Assembly (NCBI GenBank): GCA_002350845.1
Contig: DEFL01000013.1
Location: 4,430 to 68,429, forward strand
Length of the DNA: 64,000 nucleotides
Direction of reading: 5' to 3'
Source of the DNA: Christensenella sp. UBA2853
GTDB lineage: Bacteria > Bacillota > Clostridia > Christensenellales > Aristaeellaceae
In this document: piece after piece, positions 36,330-43,915 of the stretch
How the letters are laid out: every line of letters begins with the position of its first letter
Numbering within the stretch: position 1 is the first letter of the stretch
Program-made: the position numbers and the translations under genes
Notes under the pieces: model-generated
What the model was told of the DNA's origin: nothing
What the model saw: only the letters and a program-made list of their open reading frames with translations
Databases searched by the model: none

Positions 36330-36815
36330 TTACTCACTCATATACTTTTTCAGCATGATCAGTGCATTCTGATGGCGGAGTTTGACTGCACCATAGCTCA
36401 GACCCATCATCTGTGCAATCTCTGTCAGCGTCTTTCCGTCATAATAGCGAAGAACAATGATGTCCATCATCTGCTGTGGAAGCTTGCGCAGGGCACCGGC
36501 AAGCTCGCTGAGTGTTTCTGTCTGCAGCAGACCTTCATCCACGACAGAGTCATCGGACATATTTTCATCGAGTTCTTCAGACGGCCTGGTTCTGCGGAAA
36601 TAGTCAATCACCGTATTTCTGGTGATCGTAAAAATCCAGGTGCCGACGGCCGCTTTTCCCTTGTCATAGTTGCCAATCTTCCGCTGGATCTTTTCAAACA
36701 CATCCGCACAGAGATCTTCTGCGTCCGAATGGTTCCGGACACGCGCAGAAATATATCCCATCACTTTGTTGCTGTATTCCATGTAAAGCTGGCCAATATC
36801 AATATCCGATGTCAT
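36330..36815 (-). CDS. ECF-type sigma-70 family RNA polymerase sigma factor, 161 aa
   Basis: Region 2 (DAEDLCADVFEKI, WIFTITRNTVIDYFR) and region 4 HTH (LTEIAQMMGLSYGAVKLRHQNAL); start overlaps the upstream small ORF stop (ATGA). Confidence 0.85.
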   Translation of the reverse strand: MTSDIDIGQLYMEYSNKVMGYISARVRNHSDAEDLCADVFEKIQRKIGNYDKGKAAVGTWIFTITRNTVIDYFRRTRPSEELDENMSDDSVVDEGLLQTETLSELAGALRKLPQQMMDIIVLRYYDGKTLTEIAQMMGLSYGAVKLRHQNALIMLKKYMSE

Positions 36816-37003
36816 GGATTCTTTTTCTCCTGTTCTTTCTTTTTGAGTGCATCGGGCGTGCCCGCTGCAGATACAAATTCCATCTCATCCATGCCCAGTT
36901 CTCTGACTCCGTACCGTGCATGCACGGAATCAATAATCAGCTGAAGGTCAGAGTTCCCTTCGAACTTCTGATAATCGAACAACTGTTTCAGTTTCTTTTC
37001 CAC
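36812..37003 (-). CDS. Small 63-aa protein with a leader-peptide-like LGMDEMEFVSAAG motif; function unknown
   Basis: GTG start 7 nt after GAGAGGAGAT RBS; translationally coupled to the sigma gene; promoter directly upstream. Confidence 0.6.
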   Translation of the reverse strand: MEKKLKQLFDYQKFEGNSDLQLIIDSVHARYGVRELGMDEMEFVSAAGTPDALKKKEQEKKNP

Positions 37004-37104
37004 GTTGAATATCTCCTCTCAAGCACTTGTTCTGCCTCAGACAGAACAGATCTTCAGTCGGTTTTCATATATTTTCCATGGCAGGTTCTTTCTCTGCACT
37101 TTCT

Positions 37105-37134
37105 ATTGTACCATGTTCGAGTCTGCAAAATCAA
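37105..37134 (-). promoter_or_regulatory. Sigma-A-like promoter heading the small-ORF / sigma operon
   Basis: Minus strand: -35 TTGATT (37134-37129), 18-nt spacer, extended -10 TGgTACAAT (37113-37105). Confidence 0.45.
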
Positions 37135-37336
37135 TTCTGTTCTACACTATTTTACACACACTCTTCCCTGCCTGGATTCTGCATTCCAGGCCTTTAAATG
37201 AAAGCCTGAACTTTCTGAAAAAGCGCGATTTGACATGCCATCGTGCTTCCATCGGCGTATCAATTCAAGGAGGCACGCATTCTGTGCTTCCAAAGCTGCT
37301 GCATTATGTATCGATGAAAGGACAAAACATACAAAC

Positions 37337-39919
37337 ATGCAAACCATTCAAAAGGTTGTCGCCGTGCTCCTGGTCATGATGATCCCGATGACTGCAGTCT
37401 GCGGCACAGCTGAAAACATGGAAACTCATTTCACTGTTCAGGCGACTGAAAGCAGTGAACCACACTTCACCATAGAAACAGAGGATAAACTGGTCGCAGC
37501 ATCCGGTTTGTCCGGCAAGGAATGGGGTAAGCAAGCCAGCGTCCAGAAGGAAGCCGGCCTTTCCCACCCGGTCACAGAGGAAAAACTCAAACAGGCTGCC
37601 CCGCATGCACAGGTGTTCCGTAAAGATGGGAAAATCTATATGATGCAGGATCTCGAGGGACTGGCATCTGTCCGCAACGCAATGGATGCTTACCGTACAG
37701 TCTACAGTCTTCTCCCTCTTCTCCAGGGGGCAGAGGGCACATCCCTGCGGCTCTGGTCGCAGTTGGCCATGGGAACACATCAGGTGTACTCTTTCCAGCA
37801 GGTTTTCGAGGGGATGACCGTTCCCACGAGTACGGCGAAACTTGTTGTCGATCAGCAGGGCCGCCTGACTGCCGTGTTCAGCTCTCTTTCCCCGGTGCTT
37901 CCTGAAAGCACAGGTACATCCGTCATCACGGCATCCGATGCTGAAGATATTGTCCGCCGGTTTCTGGCATACAATAAGGCAGCTGACAGCGTGATGCCCG
38001 CCTATACTACGCGCACCGTCATCTCTCAGGATGAACACGAAGACGGCGAAGTGCTCCCGGATATTCTCGCGTGGATCGTCTATTCCCATAATCCGCGCTT
38101 TCCGGACTGCACGACCGTTGATCTCCCCTACCTGGCCCATTTTGTCAGTATGGATGGCACTTACCTGCGCTACAGCGCGGTAGCCATCCCTGAAGACCCG
38201 GCCCTCAATGCCGGTTACTCCGCTGCCTACGCCTTTGAATTCATGGAACCAACAGAATGGACCGGTGAGGTCGTAGCAATGGATGGCAGCATCCTTTCCC
38301 TCAGTGTGCCCGTCATGCGGGACACCCGCACCGGTGTATGGTATCTGGCAGACCCCATCCGCAAAATAGCGGTCGGCGAATACAGCGCACTGGCTTTTGG
38401 TGACGGCAATATTCAGCTGGCTGCCCAGACCGACAACACTGCCTGGAATGATGAAGACCTCATCACCTATGCCAATATGATCCGGGTCTGGGATTTCTTT
38501 GCAGCGGCCGGATGGCCCGGACCGGATGGCAACGGCACACCCGTTCTGCTTCTGAGAAACATGTGTACCGAAAACGGCGACCCGATCTACAATGCCGCAT
38601 ATATCGGACAGTGCAGAGGCTGGCAGTGCTTTGCATACGGCGGAAACGCCTACATCGGACAGGGACTGGATGTCATTGCCCATGAGTTCACGCATTGTCT
38701 GACCGACCGGGTCATGAACACCAATCTCTATCAGGATGATATGGGAGCCATCAACGAATCCATGTCCGATATCCTTGGGAACCTCTGTGAAATGCTCTGT
38801 GAGAACACCAGGGATCCTGATTGGCAGATCGGTGAAAGCACCGGCGTCACGCTGCGTTCCATGCTCAATCCGCATGATCACCAGCAGCCGGAGTATATCT
38901 GGGATCTTTACTATGCTCCGCACACGATCAAACCCAACGACCTGAACGACCGGGGCGGCGTACACGCCAATTCTTCCATTCTGAACTATGTCGCCGCCCA
39001 TCTGTGTGAGACCTATGGCATGTCCCTGGAGGATGCAGGATATCTGTGGATGCATGCTGCATTCGTTCTCACCCCGACAACTGACTTTACGCAGCTGTCT
39101 CACGTGCTCCCCTGGGTACTGAAGATTTCCGGAAACAGCAGCTTTACAAAAGGTCTGGATCAGCTGATCCAGCATACCCGAATGGCGGAAACCAAAGTCC
39201 CGGAGACGCTGCCCGAACACCAGCGTATCGTCAGTCTCAAGCTCCCGGATGCGCCTGTTTACAGAGATGGCCAATGGGTGATGTTCGCAATCCAGCTGAA
39301 TACAGAGAGTATCTCAATTATTCTGCAGTCCATTCGCGATCTCGCGGGCCATACCATCCGAATGGATCTGAACAGTGAAGAATACTTCAGCCATCTTTCC
39401 AGTCTTCTCCACACATTGCACCTGGATGCCTCAAGCATTCTGAATTATCAGCTGTCTGAGTCCGCAATCATGGAATGGCTGGCCAGTCTCTCTGAAGATA
39501 TCATTACGTATCACACATCTTGGGAAAGCAATGCGGATCATGAAATCAAACTGATTGTCAAAGACGCACCGACACTGTATGTGATGGCTGGCTATGCTGA
39601 GAACAGCGAAGATGTTTCCGGTCTGGCTGTACTGGTCGGTGACGAATGGTTTGACCCGCTGAACTTTTTAACCAGTGATTCCGAAGCAGCTGAAACGGAC
39701 GATGCCGGTCTCATCACCCGCATCTTCTGCAAGCTCTTCGAGCACATCCTGGGCGGTCTCGGGAAAACCGGCTCAGACGCAAAGAGCATCACACTCCCGT
39801 CCACTGGACTTGAGAAGGTTTCCATGCATGAGCCCGCACCCGAAGAAATCGAGTATCTCCCAGAAGATGAGCTGAACTCTGTCGGCTTCCTTCCGCATAA
39901 CGGAAAGATCGGCCGCTGA
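37337..39919 (+). CDS. Secreted M4 (thermolysin-like) zinc metalloprotease with a long C-terminal extension, about 860 aa
   Basis: HEFTH (HExxH), GAINESMSDILG (third Zn ligand Glu), GGVHANSSILN; signal peptide from MQTIQKVVAVLLVMMIP. Confidence 0.8.
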   Translation: MQTIQKVVAVLLVMMIPMTAVCGTAENMETHFTVQATESSEPHFTIETEDKLVAASGLSGKEWGKQASVQKEAGLSHPVTEEKLKQAAPHAQVFRKDGKIYMMQDLEGLASVRNAMDAYRTVYSLLPLLQGAEGTSLRLWSQLAMGTHQVYSFQQVFEGMTVPTSTAKLVVDQQGRLTAVFSSLSPVLPESTGTSVITASDAEDIVRRFLAYNKAADSVMPAYTTRTVISQDEHEDGEVLPDILAWIVYSHNPRFPDCTTVDLPYLAHFVSMDGTYLRYSAVAIPEDPALNAGYSAAYAFEFMEPTEWTGEVVAMDGSILSLSVPVMRDTRTGVWYLADPIRKIAVGEYSALAFGDGNIQLAAQTDNTAWNDEDLITYANMIRVWDFFAAAGWPGPDGNGTPVLLLRNMCTENGDPIYNAAYIGQCRGWQCFAYGGNAYIGQGLDVIAHEFTHCLTDRVMNTNLYQDDMGAINESMSDILGNLCEMLCENTRDPDWQIGESTGVTLRSMLNPHDHQQPEYIWDLYYAPHTIKPNDLNDRGGVHANSSILNYVAAHLCETYGMSLEDAGYLWMHAAFVLTPTTDFTQLSHVLPWVLKISGNSSFTKGLDQLIQHTRMAETKVPETLPEHQRIVSLKLPDAPVYRDGQWVMFAIQLNTESISIILQSIRDLAGHTIRMDLNSEEYFSHLSSLLHTLHLDASSILNYQLSESAIMEWLASLSEDIITYHTSWESNADHEIKLIVKDAPTLYVMAGYAENSEDVSGLAVLVGDEWFDPLNFLTSDSEAAETDDAGLITRIFCKLFEHILGGLGKTGSDAKSITLPSTGLEKVSMHEPAPEEIEYLPEDELNSVGFLPHNGKIGR

Positions 39920-39985
39920 TTCCCGCTCTCTATGAAAGTCTGCTGCAGCGCATGCTCTGTCAGCTTGCTGCAGCAGCAACGCAAA

Positions 39986-40015
39986 CGCCGCCGGTTTTCC
40001 GGCGGCGCTTGTTTT
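39986..40015. terminator. Strong intrinsic terminator between the convergent protease and membrane-protein genes
   Basis: CGCCGCCGG-tttt-CCGGCGGCG followed by CTTGTTTT. Confidence 0.85.
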
Positions 40016-40018
40016 ATT

Positions 40019-40663
40019 TCAGCGGTTTGTGCTGTCTTTTGGACGGCTTCCGATGCGCAGGATCAGGAATCCGATCAGTGCAAACACTCCAAGCATAACA
40101 ACAAGGGCATATGCCACGCCAATCCCCATGCTGCCATATCCGGCCGTTTCCGGCATAAACCCAAACCATCCGGAAGGAGCCCGATAGTTCAGGAACGGAT
40201 ACGGGGCCGGCATTCCATGCCAGCGAAAGCCAGCAGCGCCAAGGATCAGGATCATGCAGAACCAGACCGTAGGTGGAAGGAGCGCATACAAAAGCCATCT
40301 CCGATGCAACTGCACGGGGCGATCATTCAGGCAGAAGTCGGCCAGCATCATCATCGGCACCAGGACATGCATGCACAGGCTCGCATCATGGTCCTGTCTG
40401 TACGCTGCCAGAATCCCGCCCGGATAGATCGGAGCAAGGACAAGCAGGTAGACAACGAATGTCACCAGAATGGAAACCACCGCGGAGTATTTGAACCCCT
40501 TCAGCCTGCCCGGTCCGGCAATCAGCTGCAGAAGGACCGCAACGGCTGCATAGAGATTGGACAGCTGCGTGAAGAATGTAAAACCGATCGGCCAATGCCA
40601 CATGCAGATATAGGCATAGATGACCATCAAGAGAATCATTGTCTTGGGAAGCCAGTATTTCAT
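40019..40663 (-). CDS. Integral membrane protein (Pr6Pr-family-like), about 214 aa
   Basis: Six hydrophobic helices; FTFFTQLSN motif; ATG at 40663 after AGGAAGGA. Confidence 0.55.
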   Translation of the reverse strand: MKYWLPKTMILLMVIYAYICMWHWPIGFTFFTQLSNLYAAVAVLLQLIAGPGRLKGFKYSAVVSILVTFVVYLLVLAPIYPGGILAAYRQDHDASLCMHVLVPMMMLADFCLNDRPVQLHRRWLLYALLPPTVWFCMILILGAAGFRWHGMPAPYPFLNYRAPSGWFGFMPETAGYGSMGIGVAYALVVMLGVFALIGFLILRIGSRPKDSTNR

Positions 40664-40796
40664 ACAATTCCTTCCTGAAGTCCCGCCTGCGTACTCGCAA
40701 AAATGCAGGATACAGTGTACCACACTTTTCTTTTCTTCTTCAATCCCTGCGCAGGGGCGATTGCCCTCTGCCCATTCAGCTTTCTTCCTGGCGGCA

Positions 40797-40845
40797 ATAC
40801 AAAACAGAGCCGGAACGGCAAAGACTGCCATCCGGGCTCTGCTTT
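40797..40845 (-). terminator. Intrinsic terminator after the dehydratase gene
   Basis: Minus strand: CAGAGCCCGGA-n16-TCCGGCTCTG followed by TTTTGTATT. Confidence 0.65.
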
Positions 40846-40862
40846 TCATGATCAAGCGTGAT

Positions 40863-42617
40863 TCACTCATCCTCGTCAAAGGACAGATAGGCCCCTTTCA
40901 TGGGAGAGGCGGCAAGTTCTGCAAAAAGCCTGAGTGTCCCGTGTGTATACCGAACCGGTTTGGGTTTCCATTTCTTTCTGCGCTCTTCCAGTACCGCTTC
41001 GATCTCCCCGGCGGTTTTTCTTTCCCCCTGAATGCCCACAATCGCAAGTATCCGCTTTCTGACATCCAGCTGAATCAGGTCTCCCTCCTCAACAAGGGCA
41101 ATGGGCCCGCCTGCCTGTGCTTCTGGACTGCAGTGTCCAATCACGGGGCCTGTCGACGCCCCGGAAAAGCGTCCGTCAGTGATCAGTGCAATGCTCTTTC
41201 CCAGTTCCCTGTCAGAAGATATGGCTTCGGTCGTGTAAAACATTTCAGGCATGCCGGAGCCTTTGGGTCCCTCGTACCGGATGAATACGGCATCCCCCGG
41301 ATGCACGCGGTGATGCAGAACCGCATCAATGCATTCTTCCTCGCTGTCAAATGGACGTGCCCTGAGAATGGCACTGAACATTTCCTCCGGGCACGCGGTA
41401 TGTTTGATCACTGCGCCTTCCGGAGCCAGATTGCCCCTGAGCACAGCAATGGAACCATCCGTTCCGATCGCCCTGTGGAAAGGCCGTATGATGTCTTCCC
41501 GTGTCAGATTCAGTCCGCGCTGTGCATTGGCTTTCTCCAGCCCCTGCCTGCATCGCTCATAGTACCCGTTTTCCCGCAGCTCCTCAAGGTTTTCTCCGAG
41601 TGTTTTTCCCGTCACTGTTCTCGCGTCCAGATGCAGCACGTTCCGGATTTCCTCCATCACAGCCGGTACACCGCCTGCATAGCTGAAAAACTCAGCAGGC
41701 CACTTCCCTGCCGGACGGATATCCAGCAGGTAATGCGCGCCGCGATGCAGACGGTCAAACGTCTCCCCGTCAATCCGGATCCCGAGCTCATGGGCGATCG
41801 CCGGCAGATGCAGCAGTGCGTTGGTCGAACCCGAGATCGCTGCATGGACCAGAATGGCATTTTCAAAGCTGTCGAGCGTGACGATATCGGACGGCCGCAT
41901 GCCTTCCATCCGGCTGAGCTGAACAGCCAGTTTTCCTGCATTTTCTGCGGTCTGAAGAATCTCCTGTGACGCTGCAGGCAGAAGAGCACTGCCCGGAAGC
42001 GCCAGCCCCAGTGCTTCCGCCATAATCTGCATGGTTGATGCGGTTCCGATAAAGGAACACGCCCCGCAGCCGGGACAGGCATTCTCCTTTGCCCATTCCA
42101 GCGTCTGGTCGTCAATTTCCCCGCGCTCATACCGTGCAGAATACATGCCCAGCTGTTCAAGTGTCAGCAGTTTCGGACCTGCAGGCATCGTACCGCCTGG
42201 CACAAACACTGCAGGAATGTTGATCCGCGCCATGCCCATGAGATTGCCCGGCAGACCTTTATCGCAGGATGCAATGAAAACGCCGGCATCAAACGGTGTA
42301 CTGCATGCCTGGATTTCAATCATGTTTGCAATCATTTCCCGGCTGGCCAGAGAATAATTGATGCCGTCCGTCCCCTGGCTTTCCCCGTCGCACATATCCG
42401 TACAGTAATACCTGGCTCCAAATCCGCCCGCTTCGGTGATGCCTTTTCTCACAGCGGCCACAAGCCGATCCAGATGTCCGGAACCGGGATGACTGTCACC
42501 GAATGTGCTTTCAATGAAGATCTGCGGTTTTTCCAGATCTTCCTTTTTCCATCCCGTCCCCAGTCGGAGCGGATCCATTTCAGGCGCCGCTCTGCGCATT
42601 TTCTGACTGGTCAGCAC
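40863..42617 (-). CDS. IlvD/Edd family dehydratase (dihydroxy-acid / sugar-acid dehydratase), 584 aa
   Basis: CDGESQG-type Fe-S/Mg site (TDMCDGESQGTDG), SCDKGLPG, and ALITDGRFSG near the C-terminus. Confidence 0.85.
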   Translation of the reverse strand: MLTSQKMRRAAPEMDPLRLGTGWKKEDLEKPQIFIESTFGDSHPGSGHLDRLVAAVRKGITEAGGFGARYYCTDMCDGESQGTDGINYSLASREMIANMIEIQACSTPFDAGVFIASCDKGLPGNLMGMARINIPAVFVPGGTMPAGPKLLTLEQLGMYSARYERGEIDDQTLEWAKENACPGCGACSFIGTASTMQIMAEALGLALPGSALLPAASQEILQTAENAGKLAVQLSRMEGMRPSDIVTLDSFENAILVHAAISGSTNALLHLPAIAHELGIRIDGETFDRLHRGAHYLLDIRPAGKWPAEFFSYAGGVPAVMEEIRNVLHLDARTVTGKTLGENLEELRENGYYERCRQGLEKANAQRGLNLTREDIIRPFHRAIGTDGSIAVLRGNLAPEGAVIKHTACPEEMFSAILRARPFDSEEECIDAVLHHRVHPGDAVFIRYEGPKGSGMPEMFYTTEAISSDRELGKSIALITDGRFSGASTGPVIGHCSPEAQAGGPIALVEEGDLIQLDVRKRILAIVGIQGERKTAGEIEAVLEERRKKWKPKPVRYTHGTLRLFAELAASPMKGAYLSFDEDE

Positions 42618-42661
42618 ACCAACGCCTCCTTTTCAGGCACGGACATTCGTTCCGCCAATTG

Positions 42662-43795
42662 TCAATCGTTTTCATACAGTGCTGCAAACTCTTTAAGATA
42701 TTCACGGATCGGCAGATGCTGCGGGCAGTTTCGTTCGCACTGACCGCACTGTATGCATTCCGACGCCTTCCCGTGATTCATGGAATACCGCTGATAGTAC
42801 ATGTTGGTCTTCTGTCCGGTCACTGCATGAAGATTCAGCAGTCCAAAATAATCCGGGACAGCGATATTCTTCGGGCACACTTCCGTGCAGTAGCGGCAGT
42901 TGGTACACTGCACACGAATGGATTTCCTCAGCGCATCGGCTATACGCTCTGTCAGCTCATATTCTGCTGAAGAAAGCGCACAGAAATCTTCCATATACCC
43001 TGTATTATCCTTCATCTGTGCCAGACTGCTCATGCCGCTCAGTACAATCCTGACATGTTCATGGGATGCAGCAAAACGCACAGCCAGGCTCGCAGGTGTT
43101 GGCATGGGGTGTCTGCCCTGATAAAAAGAGGTAAACAGTTCCGATGCCGGTCCCTGGAGCTCAGCGAGCTTTCCGCCCTTGACCGGTTCCATGACAATGA
43201 CATCTTTCCCATGGCGCACCGCTGTCTCATAGCAGCGGCGGGACTGGGCAACAGCACCTTCCCAGTCAAGGTAATTGATCTGAAGCTGAACCACATCCAC
43301 TTCAGGATGTTCTGTCAGAATCCGGTCCAGCGTCTGTGCATCATCGTGGTAGGAAAAACCGATTTTCCGCGCTTTTCCTTCTTCCTTCATCCGGCGTATG
43401 AATTCAAAGCCCCCGTAGGCGGTCGTATTGATATAGCGGTCTCTCCCGATGTTATGAAGAAGATATACGTCAAAGTAATCCACGCCGCATCTTTCCAGCT
43501 GTTCGGCAAAATACCGGCTGTAATCATCTGAAGATTTCACGCGGATAATCGGCATCTTATCCGCAAGCAGAAACTGGTCACGGGGATAGCGTTCCACCAC
43601 GCATTTGCGCAGCGCCTCTTCGGATGTCTGCTCATGGTACGGATACGCGGTATCAAAATAGCAGAATCCACGCGAAATAAACAGGTCCACCATTTCTTTG
43701 AGCTGTTCCAGATCAATGCTCTTGGGATCATCCGAATCAAGCAGCGGCAGACGCATCATCCCAAAGCCCAGTTTTTTTATTCCTGAAAACTCCAT
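42662..43795 (-). CDS. Aldo/keto reductase with a C-terminal 2x[4Fe-4S] ferredoxin-like domain, 377 aa
   Basis: AKR N-terminus (GFGMMRLP, FDTAYPYH); CTNCRYCTEVCP and CIQCGQCERNCP cluster motifs. Confidence 0.8.
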   Translation of the reverse strand: MEFSGIKKLGFGMMRLPLLDSDDPKSIDLEQLKEMVDLFISRGFCYFDTAYPYHEQTSEEALRKCVVERYPRDQFLLADKMPIIRVKSSDDYSRYFAEQLERCGVDYFDVYLLHNIGRDRYINTTAYGGFEFIRRMKEEGKARKIGFSYHDDAQTLDRILTEHPEVDVVQLQINYLDWEGAVAQSRRCYETAVRHGKDVIVMEPVKGGKLAELQGPASELFTSFYQGRHPMPTPASLAVRFAASHEHVRIVLSGMSSLAQMKDNTGYMEDFCALSSAEYELTERIADALRKSIRVQCTNCRYCTEVCPKNIAVPDYFGLLNLHAVTGQKTNMYYQRYSMNHGKASECIQCGQCERNCPQHLPIREYLKEFAALYEND

Positions 43796-43915
43796 TGAAT
43801 TCTCCTTCTCCGGTCAGCCCCTGTTCTGCTCTTTGCCGCAGGGGCAGTTCCGGGATCCAACCATTGCCTGCTTCACGCATCCCCCTGTTCCGGGTGATCC
43901 ATACTGCAGGACTTC

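Noticed and set aside
36293-36337. Alternative GTG start at 36337 making the DUF2233-like gene overlap the sigma gene, which could have suggested a membrane anti-sigma factor
   Set aside because: There is no RBS. The extension (MSNSALCPCRRNGLY) precedes a typical signal/anchor sequence starting at MKKGIV, which has a GGAGGAA RBS. The protein has PG-binding and glycosidase-like domains and no anti-sigma (zf-HC2/RskA-like) N-terminus.
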